Of a stretch of 64,000 nt of DNA, positions 37,486 to 49,058 are shown in pieces. The DNA comes from a virus, in the IMG/VR virus record IMGVR_UViG_3300015241_000015, positions 1-64,000 of that record; one strand, written 5' to 3'. The position numbers were made by a program, and so were the translations under genes. How positions within the stretch are numbered: the stretch's first letter is position 1; each line of letters opens with the position of its first letter. Under the pieces are notes generated by a model, which worked only from the letters and a program-made list of their open reading frames with translations, did no database searches and had not been told where the DNA came from.

Positions 37486-38163
37486 ATGACAAAATCCCGG
37501 CGCTTAACGCCCGACAATTCGCTGTGGGTCATGGCTGGCAATGCCGGAGACACGGGCGGCCCTTCCCCGGTCAATCCGGTGGGCACGATTCAAATGTTGC
37601 CCTCCGGTGACAGTCTGGTAGTCAACTACCATCCCGGCGGCCCATTCAATAATGCCTATGTCTACCAGAAGCTTCTCGATGGGCCTGCGGTCCAGGGGTT
37701 AACGAATTTCACCCAGACAATCACCTGGAAGATCCCGGGAACGGTGAACCTGTTACGGGTTCAGGCTCTCGAATTTGAAATGCAGTTGGTCCTGAATGGC
37801 GGGATCTATAACATGGCTCACCAGTGGCTACTGGCGCCGGAAGGGGCGACACTGACCAACACCTGGCGGGTGTTCGATTACCCGTCCAAGACTTGGCATG
37901 AGGTTCTGTCCATGCCGATTAGCCTGTTGCCGAACGTGCTGCATACCTTCGTTGCCGATCACAGCGTGGACCCGGTCGCGCAAACGGTGCATCACAATTC
38001 GATCACGATTGACGGGGTTCCGTATCCAATCTCGTTTACCCAGCCGGTGACCCCCAACGTGTATCCGGGCGTCTCCGGTCTGAACATCGCGTTTCAACTC
38101 GACTCGAACAGCCTGGGCCAGCAGATCTATGCCATCGTGCAAACCGGGGCTCAGGTGAGTTAG
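37486..38163 (+). CDS. Hypothetical beta-rich protein, possibly ConA/lectin-like
   Basis: 225 aa, alternating beta pattern, QALEFE motif. Confidence 0.5.
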   Translation: MTKSRRLTPDNSLWVMAGNAGDTGGPSPVNPVGTIQMLPSGDSLVVNYHPGGPFNNAYVYQKLLDGPAVQGLTNFTQTITWKIPGTVNLLRVQALEFEMQLVLNGGIYNMAHQWLLAPEGATLTNTWRVFDYPSKTWHEVLSMPISLLPNVLHTFVADHSVDPVAQTVHHNSITIDGVPYPISFTQPVTPNVYPGVSGLNIAFQLDSNSLGQQIYAIVQTGAQVS

Positions 38164-38168
38164 GGCAA

Positions 38169-38198
38169 TAAAAAAGGCCGCTCATAGTAGGCGGCCTC
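38169..38198 (-). terminator. Terminator of the leftward small-gene block
   Basis: A-run followed by AGGCCGC...GCGGCCT. Confidence 0.65.
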
Positions 38199-38574
38199 GG
38201 TGGATCTTTCGGAAAGCGTTCACTTATCGAAGTAGAGGCCCAATTCCCCGCCCATTGGCCGGCTAGTCCACAGGAAGAACAGGAATTGCCCAAAGCCCCA
38301 GGCGGCGGGCTGCCAGCGGCCCTGGCTCATGGCCAGAGCGAAATAGGGAGAGGCTAAGAGACCAGAGAAAGCGATTCGTTTGGGAACGGATAGGCTCATG
38401 GCTTCACCGTCTCGTCTTCGTTGTCTATGGCATCTTCGTCATGTATGGTTAGTGTCCATCCATTCTTGGTCCACTCCGGCCCCTCCAGAGTTACGGCGGA
38501 GTCATTCACGTATTCGGCGCCTTCACGGAAGGCAGCGGCTTCAAGTTTGCTTTCAAAGTATTTCTTTGTGGCGG

Positions 38575-38826
38575 TCATGGCTTGTCCGTCCCGTCTTGTT
38601 TGTGAATGGTCAGGGTCCAACCATCCGCCGTGAGTTCCGGCCCTTCCACGGTGATGCTGGAGTTGCGAAGGTTTTCAAGCCCGCACTGGACGCGCAGGTA
38701 GTCTATCCCGCCCCGGAATGCGTCGGCCTCGTCCTTGTTTTGAAAGTGGATTTGCTCAGCCCCTGAAAAGGCCAAGTCTAGTCGGGCTTCCATTTCATTT
38801 TCGGTCAATTTTCTGGTGGTGGTCAT
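38575..38826 (-). CDS. Small hypothetical protein; paralog at 38396..~38578
   Basis: Both share EA.AFR.G..Y...S..T.EGPE.T..GWTLTIH. Confidence 0.6.
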   Translation of the reverse strand: MTTTRKLTENEMEARLDLAFSGAEQIHFQNKDEADAFRGGIDYLRVQCGLENLRNSSITVEGPELTADGWTLTIHKQDGTDKP

Positions 38827-39414
38827 GGTCTGATTACTACTCCTCGGGTCTGATTTATTCCTGTTCCTTGGTTGCTCCCTGGCTCATGGTTTCTCTTCGG
38901 CGGCCTTCCGCCCTTGTTCGGCTTCAAACTCTGCTTGGTCCCGGCATTCGATCGAACAAAAACAAATCCTGGGCATTCGGTCTGAGTCGGTGCGGCAGTA
39001 CATGCAGAAGCTCTTGCCGCAATCGCAGGCATACCCCGCTGGGCGGCCGCAAGAGCAAAGGCCCAAAGCCGCGTATTGCTCCCGGATGAATGTTTCGGTG
39101 GCGCCCAGGCCGTTGACGGCGATCCGGCCCGCGAATGCCTGTTGATCGAGCCAGGATGCCCCCTGGACGCCTTTCTTCTTGTTGCTCATACTGATACCTC
39201 TAAATCTTTATTGCGCTCATTCTGATTTCGTCGGCTTCGGGTCCAAATTCCGGGTAGAATTCTTCGTGCGCGGTCCCGTAAGTTGTTCCAGGTCTCACCC
39301 ATAGATCGACAATGATTTTTGATGCCTCGGTCACCTGCATAAGCCCCTCGGGTGTGGTTTTGTAGATCAATAGATCTGGTAGCGCGAGCAAGGCCCGGGC
39401 GAGTTCGTGAGAGG

Positions 39415-39813
39415 TCATATTGCCTCGCAGACAAAATGCGTTGGATCGCCAGTCGCCCAGGCGCTCAAATCCTCGACAAGTTGGTTCGAGCGCGAGAACC
39501 CGCACCCGTTGACGTAAAACGAGCCGCCTACGCGATTGTCCTCGTCCACAGACCCGCAGGCATGGCTACCAGATTTTTTGTTGAATTCGGTTTGCTCAAC
39601 ACCGTGTAAGCGAATCCAGAGCGGGCGCATCACGGCCAAATCCCACGCCTTGCAATGTTGCGTTACGTTGGCGTTCATGTTCAAGGCGCCGTTCGATTGA
39701 TACTCCAGGTAAAACACGTCAAACACTTGACGCATACCGGAACGGGTGACCTTGCGTGAGACAAGGAATAACTTGGTGGCTCTGGGAAGTGCTGCAATCT
39801 CTAGCTTGTTCAT
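39415..39813 (-). CDS. Hypothetical protein
   Basis: GAGGAG RBS; VTRSGMRQ...VNGCG. Confidence 0.55.
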   Translation of the reverse strand: MNKLEIAALPRATKLFLVSRKVTRSGMRQVFDVFYLEYQSNGALNMNANVTQHCKAWDLAVMRPLWIRLHGVEQTEFNKKSGSHACGSVDEDNRVGGSFYVNGCGFSRSNQLVEDLSAWATGDPTHFVCEAI

Positions 39814-40054
39814 ATGGTCTCCTCGCCGTGTGGCGGACTCATGGTTTGTTTGCGCTGAATTGCGCCGTGCGTTTAGGCTCGCCAAGAATCTGCGCGGCTG
39901 TCGTTTACATATAGATCAATTGGATAGTGGACCGTCCTTCGCGTGCCACACCACAAATAACTAAAAGGCCCGTCGGCAATTTCCCTTGCGAACCATCTTA
40001 GCTTGTAAAACTCTGTGAAGTTCTTCATTGTGCCCCCTGGCCCGGACTGGTTGT

Positions 40055-40348
40055 TTACTCGGTTGAATCGCTTTCGAGCCGCTTCAATAGCATTCCCATA
40101 TGTTCGTGTTGTAGTTCAGCGGCGCGCAAGAGTCGAGCCGTACCTAATGCGATGTCATTGGTAAACACGCCCAGATCGGCTATTTGTTTGCTTACATCGG
40201 CGATCTGTTTGCTCACCGTCGCAATCTGACGGTTATTCTGTGAGATGTGCTCATCCTGTTTGACAGCCTCTTGTTCGCGCTTAAGGGCTAACTCTAGCAA
40301 GTGCTGGATCGAATTTTCGATTGCTTTCATGCGGTCTTCAAAATCCAT
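40055..40348 (-). CDS. Coiled-coil protein with heptad repeats
   Basis: QIATVSKQIADVSKQIADL. Confidence 0.6.
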   Translation of the reverse strand: MDFEDRMKAIENSIQHLLELALKREQEAVKQDEHISQNNRQIATVSKQIADVSKQIADLGVFTNDIALGTARLLRAAELQHEHMGMLLKRLESDSTE

Positions 40349-40424
40349 GCCTGCCCCTTTGGTTGCGGTTGATTGTGTCGATCCTACTTGAATCACAAAT
40401 TAAATTGCAAGCGTCTAGAAGTTA

Positions 40425-41156
40425 CTAAAGCCGAACCTCGATGTCTAAACAAAACGGCCCGTGCTTGATTTTCAGCGTGGCCAAGTACATCTTCGGCGCC
40501 ACGGTCGCCGGCCCAGGCTCATGCAGTAAACACGGTTCCACCATCAAGAATTCTACGGTGTACTTGAGATCACTTAACCGCGTCTGCAATCGCTTCCAGC
40601 GGGCGTATACCTCCGGTGGTAGCACGGGCACGGCGGTCTTGCTACAAGTGTGCTCACGGTCCTTGCAGAGCCTATAGACGGGCTTTTCTAAGCCGTGTGC
40701 CTTGTAGACTTCGGCGGCTATCTCGCTCACTACGGCCCAGCGCGGGAGCAACCCTTCGGCGGCCTGTTGTTTCATTTCCGGCGAGCCGTGTTGTTTCACC
40801 CAAGCGTCAATAGCCTGATTTTTTTCTACTTCGGCCGCGGCCCGTGATTGATCGCGGGCTTGCACCTTGGCAAGCTGGCCGATGATGTCTTCTTGAATGT
40901 CTGGAGCTTCCATTTCTCCTTCGGCATTCTGGTTCCAGCCAATCTTGAACAGTTCGCGCCGGTATTTCTTGCAAAGATCGATGAACAAATTCCCTTCGGC
41001 GTCAACTTGGCAAAGATCGACCTGGCCGACGGTGATTTCCTGTACCAGCGTCTGCTTGCGAGCTACGGGCGTTAGGCGATTGGCCATGGCGGCCCGCTGG
41101 GCGGCGGGACTCAACAGGTACGTAATCGAGACTGTGAGCGTTGCGGTCTGCGTCAT
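40425..41156 (-). CDS. Hypothetical protein
   Basis: 243-aa ORF with RBS. Confidence 0.6.
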   Translation of the reverse strand: MTQTATLTVSITYLLSPAAQRAAMANRLTPVARKQTLVQEITVGQVDLCQVDAEGNLFIDLCKKYRRELFKIGWNQNAEGEMEAPDIQEDIIGQLAKVQARDQSRAAAEVEKNQAIDAWVKQHGSPEMKQQAAEGLLPRWAVVSEIAAEVYKAHGLEKPVYRLCKDREHTCSKTAVPVLPPEVYARWKRLQTRLSDLKYTVEFLMVEPCLLHEPGPATVAPKMYLATLKIKHGPFCLDIEVRL

Positions 41157-41221
41157 TTCGTTTCCCTTCGGCGTTTCTTAGTCTGCGGAAACCCTGTGGG
41201 AGAGTCCAGGGCTTGGACAGG

Positions 41222-41701
41222 CTAAGCAACGTCCTTTACTTCGCGGCAATATTCGACACTGGTATACCCTTGTGAGCACCCCGGCCCAGTTGCCCAGGTG
41301 TCGGTTATCTGTTTGAGGCCGCATCGGGTGCAGACTTCGGTTACGATTACCCCGCCGCCGTTACCCCTTGCTCCGCCGATCTGCTTATAATCGTGTTCAT
41401 CTTCGGTCGCTGTATCGCCATCCAGTTCATACTGGCACATTGGTTCCTCTGGGACCAGGGTCACGGAAACGCTCACAGCTTCGCCGATATAGTCTGATTC
41501 GTCGATTTGTTCGGCGCCGTGTCCCTTGGCGGCCGCGTAAGCCGCTTCGCTCACCTCCCGATAGCTCGCGTCTATCCATTGCGTTTTTGTTCGCTGGCCG
41601 TAGTCTCCTTCGTTGACCCATGACTCTAACGCGATCTTCGGTTGATCGGTGGCCATAAGGTCGCAGCCGCCGCATTCTTCTCGGAATTGGTAATAGTTCA
41701 T
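41222..41701 (-). CDS. Hypothetical protein
   Basis: GAAGGAG RBS; GNGGGV...EVCTRCG. Confidence 0.6.
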   Translation of the reverse strand: MNYYQFREECGGCDLMATDQPKIALESWVNEGDYGQRTKTQWIDASYREVSEAAYAAAKGHGAEQIDESDYIGEAVSVSVTLVPEEPMCQYELDGDTATEDEHDYKQIGGARGNGGGVIVTEVCTRCGLKQITDTWATGPGCSQGYTSVEYCREVKDVA

Positions 41702-42227
41702 TGGTTGATTCTCCTTCGGTAATTCTCCCGCTCCAGCGCATCGGGGGTCATGCGCTCTGACTGGAAAATTAGCTAATGTTGCAATGCAGGTTGTAGTTAG
41801 CGGCCGTTGCACGAAACCCGGCGACTAAATCGCGCCATGCTCCCTCTATGACTCTCACGCATCCCTCATGATCGGTAAATTGCCATCCGTGCATCTTGCG
41901 CGGGCGTTTGCCTAATGTCACGTTGTAACCTTCGGTCTTCTCTACGCTCCAGTGGTAGACCTTCCCATTGTCTGTGCTTGTCATTCTGATTTTCATTGCT
42001 TTCATTTCTCCCCCTTCGGTTTCGGATTCGGCGGCGGGCGCCGGTTTAGATATCCTGAAATTCAAACTTCCAACCGTTCAGTTTGATGAACCCCTGCCGC
42101 TCTGTATCCCAAGCCCTGAAGCGCGAGGTTAAATCCGTGTCCGGTTTGATTAGCAGGAATAACTGCAAGTCCATATACTCTGCGATCATTTCCCGCGTGT
42201 ACCCTTCGAGTACTGCTATGTTGTCGC

Positions 42228-42809
42228 TCACGGTTGCACCTCCGGTTCTTCGGTTTCCGTAGGATCGCCGGTCAAGATCAATACGATATCCAATTCTTTG
42301 AGAAGCTCAGGCGTCAAACGGTCTAATGAGTCTCCGTTTAAATCCTTGGAATAGATGCCATGGTTCAAAACGTCCCTGCTATTAGGACCGTTGTTTCGAA
42401 AGCCGAACCCCTCTTGAAACAATTCGTTATCCATCCATGCTTCGGGGTCTGGAGTGTCTATCGTCTCCCAGCGAACGAACGTGTGCTTTAGTATGCCCTC
42501 CGGGTAATCCTCCGGATACTTCGCCGGTCGCTCGCCAAAGCCATCTTGCACAATCTTGATATGCTCCCGTTTGAATCCGTAAGTCTTGATAATCTCTTCG
42601 ATCGTTTCATCGGCCTCTGGGAAAAACTCGTCCTCACAAATGGAATAAGCGTCCTCCCAAGTGCGAGCGCGAACGATACCGTTTATCCCAATGCTGTTAC
42701 GGGAAATCCAAAGGGGCCCAAAGCCATCGTCATACGTTTGGATCTTGTACCCGGAGCTATAGGTCGCTCCAGTGAATTCTTGTTCGTCTGTGATTAGTAC
42801 TGTGGTCAT
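42228..42809 (-). CDS. Acidic hypothetical protein
   Basis: 193-aa ORF with RBS. Confidence 0.6.
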   Translation of the reverse strand: MTTVLITDEQEFTGATYSSGYKIQTYDDGFGPLWISRNSIGINGIVRARTWEDAYSICEDEFFPEADETIEEIIKTYGFKREHIKIVQDGFGERPAKYPEDYPEGILKHTFVRWETIDTPDPEAWMDNELFQEGFGFRNNGPNSRDVLNHGIYSKDLNGDSLDRLTPELLKELDIVLILTGDPTETEEPEVQP

Positions 42810-43102
42810 GTTCTTTGTCCCTTCGGTTTGGATTCAATGGGGGAGGTGGTTTCAAAAGTCTGCGCATTGATCGCAGAGCCACCCTATTTCCCTGTTTTCC
42901 CGTGTGGCCGACCTCTCACACCATTCACACTTGCGTATGTCGGTTCCGTCTTTGTATCGCTCCTCTTGATCTTTGGCGTTTAGGCGCCGCGTTTGTTCCG
43001 TAAGGGCATTGTCTTGTTTGATTATGCGATTACGCCAATATGTTCTATCGAGTGCCACGTCTATTCCCTTCGGTTCGGATTCGTTGGTGAAGGTGGTTTG
43101 TT

Positions 43103-43492
43103 TTACTCTGGGCGCCCAAAGCGAGTCTCTACAGCACACCAGAGGCTTTCACTATGCGCAGACGCGAATTCAAGTTGAGCTTCGGTGTATTTGTCGAAAT
43201 ACTCTTTGTCCGTGTCTCCAGGGCGCAAGGTCAAGAATCCCATGAGAGCTTTTACCGTGGCATCCTCGTCAACGCCATGTAGCGGACTACAGGCGAAGTC
43301 TGAACCTTCAAACACGACTTGCGACTTGCGACCGCCGGGTTCGCGCTGGGTTAAGCAATAGCCCAGTTCGTTCTTTCCCATATGATCGGTCGAATTAAGA
43401 TCATAGACAACGAGTTTGAATGTGGGGCCCTTGCCTTTCAGGTACGGCCTGAAGTGTACGGTTCGGATTAGTTCTTTGGCATAGACTGGCAT
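43103..43492 (-). CDS. Hypothetical protein
   Basis: GAAGGA RBS; FLTLRPGDTD.EYF..YT..QL.F. Confidence 0.6.
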   Translation of the reverse strand: MPVYAKELIRTVHFRPYLKGKGPTFKLVVYDLNSTDHMGKNELGYCLTQREPGGRKSQVVFEGSDFACSPLHGVDEDATVKALMGFLTLRPGDTDKEYFDKYTEAQLEFASAHSESLWCAVETRFGRPE

Positions 43493-43563
43493 AATTGGTT
43501 TCCTTCGGTCTTTGGTTGAATCCTTCCAGCAACAGGAATGAGGGTTCCTGTTCCAAGCTGGAT

Positions 43564-43989
43564 TCACCCTGCGATTACGGTTCTATTACGTTCTTTCGTG
43601 GCAATTGCTCGTTCTGCTTCGGTCATGGCCTCGCTGGCCAGTTCGGCCTCTACGACTCGCCTGTAATTGCTATCCGGTTTGCAGATACAGCTCAAAGAGG
43701 CCAAGTGTTCACCTTCGGTATCACGTAGGCAAGCCCAGAAGGTTTCATGATCGGCGCCGGTCGAACAATCACACTCTGGATTGTCGCAATCGCAACCAAT
43801 GCAACCTTCTGAGTCATGCTCCCATATCACGGTTAGATCGTTATCCTTTGCCCAAACTTCGGCGGCCGCATATTCCCTAGCACAGCGTTCTTTGCCCTGT
43901 CGTTTGGTTTCGGTCTTTGGATCATAAGAGAATCCAGCGTTCTCTCGAAAGAATGCTACTGCTTCGGTATTGGCTTTGGTGCGTTTCAT
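43564..43989 (-). CDS. Hypothetical protein
   Basis: 141-aa ORF with RBS. Confidence 0.6.
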   Translation of the reverse strand: MKRTKANTEAVAFFRENAGFSYDPKTETKRQGKERCAREYAAAEVWAKDNDLTVIWEHDSEGCIGCDCDNPECDCSTGADHETFWACLRDTEGEHLASLSCICKPDSNYRRVVEAELASEAMTEAERAIATKERNRTVIAG

Positions 43990-44187
43990 GGTTTCACCCT
44001 CTGGTTCCGTTTGTTCTTGAATTCACTCCACAATATAATTGTGGCGATAAAGGCAAACTTGACAATTGCACCAGCTATGTACCACATAACGAGTAGCAAA
44101 ATTGCGCCTATAAAGTTCATGGTTTCCCCCCCTTTGGTTGCTTAGTCTACAGAAACCCTGCTGGGAGAGAACCAGGGTTTGAATCGA

Positions 44188-44481
44188 CTAAGCGGTTGGC
44201 CAGTCCATTGGTGAATCTGACTCGCACTTATAGGCGTAATCGGCGGACTCCTCCAGGTCATCATCGTAGTAGCAAACCACTTCCAGGTAGCTACCAAAGT
44301 CATGCGGATTTGACTTGATGCCAAGTCTTGCTCCTTCAGGTTCTGGGCCCAGTGTGGCGCGAATCGCAGTAATGAATCGCTGACACTCGGCACGTGCTAA
44401 CTGTGGATCGTAGTCCATGGCGCCAATTTGCTGGCATGATTCGTTTGCGGGTACAGGTCCGATGTTGATAAAGTCTCGCAT
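44188..44481 (-). CDS. Hypothetical protein
   Basis: GGGAG RBS; IGPVP..E.C.Q.G...NPHDFGSYLEV. Confidence 0.6.
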   Translation of the reverse strand: MRDFINIGPVPANESCQQIGAMDYDPQLARAECQRFITAIRATLGPEPEGARLGIKSNPHDFGSYLEVVCYYDDDLEESADYAYKCESDSPMDWPTA

Positions 44482-44555
44482 GGCGTATTACTCCCTTTAA
44501 GGTCGAATTGAATTCTTCTCACGGCGGATTGGAGGATATCCGCCCGAAGCTGAAT

Positions 44556-44900
44556 TCAATCGATTACGCTTGGGTCGATGTTGCCCTCTGGGCCCAGCTG
44601 AGCGAACCGATAACGTTTTCCGACGAAGTTGCTCTTGCAGCATCGGCAGGTGATATGGGAGAACTCTAGCTCTCCAGATTCATCCATGCTATGATCTTTG
44701 GAGCATTCACCCTCATTACAGGCGGGACAAGTTGATTCGCCGAAGTTAGACAACAGGTAAGGGAGTTGCTCCATGCCAGCTTCGATTTTCTCTATCCAAT
44801 GCTCGTTTGGAGTGCCGATAAGATCTTCGGGTAAGTCGCCATTCACGGCGTAAATCATGCAGTCTTCACAGAGCCAGATATCGCGGTCGATGATCTTCAC
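44556..44900 (-). CDS. Cys-rich hypothetical protein
   Basis: CEDC...FS...CRCC; GAGGTG RBS before a GTG start. Confidence 0.55.
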   Translation of the reverse strand: MKIIDRDIWLCEDCMIYAVNGDLPEDLIGTPNEHWIEKIEAGMEQLPYLLSNFGESTCPACNEGECSKDHSMDESGELEFSHITCRCCKSNFVGKRYRFAQLGPEGNIDPSVID

Positions 44901-46986
44901 AGCGTCACCTCGATACTTGATGGGAGTTGAACGTGAGTCACTGTCCACTTGGGACCAGAACCCCATTTGATCTTTGCGCCTACTGGATATTGCACGTCAT
45001 GCGGCAATTGGCGAATCAGAACCTTTTGAGTCTTGTTGTCGCGCTGGATTGTTAGAATGTTTAACACTTGGGTACCTCTGCTTTTCGCTTTAGACCCGCA
45101 CTATCGTTTGGGTATGAACCGACACTACGCTGGAACGGAAACCATGTCAAGAGAAATATGCAAGCAAGGTAAATGTAACTCGCAAGATGCCGAGAATCCG
45201 AGACTTGGACGGAATTAGGCGATTCGCAGGTGATCGGCGGAATAGCTCTCTACAGCTACCAAGGACTCATTTTCGACCGTGCTAGTACCTCAGGCCGGTT
45301 GAGAAAGACTCTCATAAGCGATTCTAGCGCGGGTGAATCGAGGGGATTCTGGGCCCAACTGCCGATCGAGCTACGCAAGCCCAAAACTGAAAAATTGGAG
45401 CGAACGCCCGTGGATGGATCTTTGCACCAGCGGCCGCCAAACCTTCTATAGGATGGGTTCTGAAAGTCGCTGAGCAAGGTCGAAATTCGCCTATACCCTA
45501 GCCTACCCGATGTCGAGAACGTGGCCTATAAACGATTCTAGACGCGGTAAACACCCGCTATTCGCGCCGGTTTGACGGAATTGGAAAATTTAGGGCAGAT
45601 GCCGTGACTGGTATCTCTCCCTAAGCGAGCCTAAGAGTTCAAGGAGCAAAGACTCTCCTCCTCCTCCGCTTGGTCCCCCCAAGCTTCGCTGGGCCCCAAA
45701 GTCTCAACTCCCAGCATCGACCGACAACCCCCAAGTCGCTCACGCGCTACCGTATCGATACCCGTATACGATATACCGTATTGTTAACCATAGTTAACTG
45801 CTACATGTTAATCGTGATTCACTCGTTCTGTTAACCAGCGTAACATTAAGATCACATTAATCTTCACGCTCCCCTGCCCCACACGCCCTTTCCTGCCCTG
45901 TTCCGCTGTTGCGCGCATAGTCGCCATGCGGGTTCCGTGCGCTGTTCTGTGCCCAGCTTGCCAGCATCGAGAGCTAGTATCCGTGCAGGCTAGCCTACCC
46001 CCCAGTGCGTGAAAGTGCCCTATAAACGATCCTGGAGCGGGTAGCACGGGCCAGAGTGTGTGATTACGCGCCAATCGGCGAACGGCCGCGCAAGCCTACC
46101 TGGAAATCGCCATGCTCTAGAGCGGGTGAATGAGACCCTGTGCTTGGCCTACTTCTAGGGGGGTGGGAGGGGGAACCGCGCGGGTGGGTGGGACCAAGAC
46201 GACTTGGCTCCGACGAAAAGTCAGTTTGGTTTGGTTTTTGGTTTTGTCAGCGACAATAATTTTTGGTGTCGGTTTGGTGTGGAGTTTTGGAGTTTGGTTT
46301 TGATTTGGTTGGTCGGTGGTTCTGGGAATTTTTTGGTTTTGGTTTGATTTGGCGGTTGGTCTGTTATTTTTTTTGATTTTGATTTTGATTTGCCCGTAGA
46401 GGGAGGGTGGAAGAACCTGGAGAGGCCCCTTTGATAACCGGCGGAGAGATAGCCATCCACGGGGTCTGGGTGAAATTTTCTGGATTAATTTAAGGAAGTG
46501 CTTTCTTTTCCAAGACTTGGACGAACTCTTTGCGTTGTAATTGGAGAGGCAATTCAGCGCGGGCGGCTTCTGAAAGCAGCGCTTCCATGTGTTGGATGGT
46601 GGCCCATTTGCCGTGAGGGAAGAGTTCAGGGGTGTCGTAGCATTCTTTGAGTAGGGCTATGAGCCATGCGAGCCAGTGTGGTTCGATCCAAGAGTGGAAC
46701 CATTCTTCGTAGTCGCGGTCTTGGGCGAAACGCTGAAGGGCCTGAAAGGACAGCATTGAGCCGATGTAGACTAGGCCGCTCTGAACGTGTTCGCTCATGG
46801 GGTATTACTCTACCATCCACCGAAGGATCCACGGCCTTTGGCTGAAATTTTATGGAAATTTTGGTGGCAAGCCCTTTCTTTTCCAGGACTTGGACTATCG
46901 ATCCAGCCATGCTTTGAAGCCCAGATAGAGGAGGAGCATGGCGAAGAAAATCAGCCCAGCGATGTCGGCACTGTCCATGGTGGTGA

Positions 46987-47352
46987 TTATAGACCGGGAT
47001 CGGCGAATGAGAAGGCCATGCGTTTGGTTCCGTCGGGCATTTCGATGATTACGCCTGGGAACTTGAAGAGGCCGTAGACGGCGTAGTTGCAGGGCTGGCC
47101 GCGGTCTTTGGTGGAGTTGCTGAAGGCTTTGAAAGAGGGTTTTGAATAGCGGCCGATGCACTCTTGGGTGGCTGAATCGGGGTTGGCGCCGCAGTCTTTG
47201 AAGGGTGCGTAATCGGCGACAGCGGCGATGTGGTGGCAGATGGGGCAGACGAAGCGCCACTGGAGGAAGTCTTGGCCGAAGCGTTGTTTGCCATCGGCCA
47301 GCCACTGGTCGTAGGTGGTTAGTGTGGGGTTGGGCTGTTTTGTTTTTGGCAT
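46987..47352 (-). CDS. VVA0879-like phage protein
   Basis: RFG.D..QWRFVCPICH...QECIGRY...CNYAVYGLF. Confidence 0.7.
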   Translation of the reverse strand: MPKTKQPNPTLTTYDQWLADGKQRFGQDFLQWRFVCPICHHIAAVADYAPFKDCGANPDSATQECIGRYSKPSFKAFSNSTKDRGQPCNYAVYGLFKFPGVIIEMPDGTKRMAFSFADPGL

Positions 47353-47357
47353 CGGGG

Positions 47358-47738
47358 TTACTTGGGCAGTTGAGACATCCCGAGGGTGCATCCGCAGACG
47401 ATACAGAAGGCGAGGACCAAGGGGGATTCGTTGCGGAGGACGCCGAAGGATTCGATGGTGGAGCGGCATTCGGGGCAGTGGGGTTTCTTGGTTTTGGTGA
47501 TGGGGGTGCGTTCGTCGAGGGCGGTCGCGGCTTGTTTGGAGAGTTCTTTGAAGTCTTGGACGGGGGTTTCGCTGAAGAAAATGCCCAATTCGAGGCGTTT
47601 GGGGATGCCGTCGGGGAAGAGGGATTCGACTTGGAGGTGGACGGGATCGCCGGACTTCATGCGATGGATGTTGGACGGTTCGAGGACGAGGGCGAGGAAT
47701 TTGGATCCGTCGTCTTTGGTGCCAACGATCTGGTTCAT
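47358..47738 (-). CDS. Hypothetical protein with a C-terminal zinc ribbon
   Basis: CPEC...CIVCG. Confidence 0.55.
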   Translation of the reverse strand: MNQIVGTKDDGSKFLALVLEPSNIHRMKSGDPVHLQVESLFPDGIPKRLELGIFFSETPVQDFKELSKQAATALDERTPITKTKKPHCPECRSTIESFGVLRNESPLVLAFCIVCGCTLGMSQLPK

Positions 47739-48560
47739 TTCTGGTCTCTTTCTTCGCGGTTTTCCGGGTAACAGCCACAGGGCCATTCGGGGCATGTTTC
47801 ATCGACGGGGAGGCCGTCATATTCGTGGCAGTAATGGATGAAATGGCCGGTAAGGATGCGGTCGCGCCACTTGAGGCATTCGTCGATCCAGGCCGGGTCT
47901 AGGGTCTGGTTCACTTTGTGCCGCCGTAAGGGGGACGGACCTTGGCCAATTTCACGGCTAATTTGTTAAGGCGTTCGCCGAGTTGAACCATCATTTCTTC
48001 GATATGTGGGATCTTGGAGATTTGTTGCGGGAACCCCCCTAATCGAGGGCTTTTGATTAATTTGTCTCTTGCTTTCATGTCCTTCTGCATTTTGGCGATG
48101 CGATCCAATCTTGCATCGATCCTTTTCATTCGGCGCCGCCACGTATTCATTCAGCCTCCTTGAGAATCAAACACTTGGCTTCTTTTCGCCATTTGGGGTA
48201 TTCAAAGACGCAGTTGCAGTGGATGTCGACGCGCTTTCCCTGGTCGAACCACAACTTGATTGCTGGCCAGAAGGGGCTGTTTTTACTTGGCATGGTGAGG
48301 ATTGGCTCGCCGTCTTTGGCGAGCATAAGGATCTTACCGTAAGCTATTTCAAAGATGAATTCTTTGCCGACGGCGGTCTTGATGCGCTGGGTGTGGGCGG
48401 ACCAATCGAACCTGCCTGGACCGAATCGGACTCTTTTGCGTGGCATTTGTGTGGGCCTCCTCCAGAGGTCTTTTACTCTACCATCGAGGGGGATTCCCGT
48501 GAAATTTTAAAGATTTGCACAGGGTCGGGCCGGTATGATTGGCCGCTTAAAGGAGTGAGG

Positions 48561-49058
48561 ATGGCAAACGAAACCGTGGAGACACTCGAAAGGTTCAACG
48601 CGCTACTAGATTCGGATGAAGACGAAGCAAGAAAGGCGTTTCATGGGATCTATCGCGTCCATGATTACGCTGAGGGAAAACGCCAAGTGGGCACGATTGA
48701 GTGTGGCAGTTTCGGCTTTGAGGATACGCCGAAAGCCCTTTATCGTCTGTTGTTTCTAGCGAAGCCGAAGCGTGTGGATTTCAGTGATATGTACAAGTCT
48801 GAGAGTCTTTTCGCCCTAACCTCGGTCAACGGCGCCTTCGTGGCCGATTTTCAATTCTATAAGTATGAATTGGCGGCCTATGTATCGGCGGCTAAAGAGC
48901 ACATTGAAGGACGTGAATCGGGCATTATCTGTGGGGTGCCGGGGTCTGATAACGGCATCCGTGCTAAATCGCCGGAATTGCGTTTGTGGGCCTCCACTCT
49001 TAAAAAATGCCTAGATAGGACGTGGATGGTGTACTGTGGCAATGATTTTGAGGTGTGA
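48561..49058 (+). CDS. Hypothetical protein (isolated rightward gene)
   Basis: AAGGAG RBS before MANETV. Confidence 0.6.
   Translation: MANETVETLERFNALLDSDEDEARKAFHGIYRVHDYAEGKRQVGTIECGSFGFEDTPKALYRLLFLAKPKRVDFSDMYKSESLFALTSVNGAFVADFQFYKYELAAYVSAAKEHIEGRESGIICGVPGSDNGIRAKSPELRLWASTLKKCLDRTWMVYCGNDFEV

Noticed and set aside
41177-41226. Hammerhead ribozyme
   Set aside because: GAAAC is present but there is no CTGAnGA core on either strand.
48069-48560. N-terminal extension of ORF 48069..49058
   Set aside because: It overlaps minus-strand ORFs, and the RBS supports a start at 48561.
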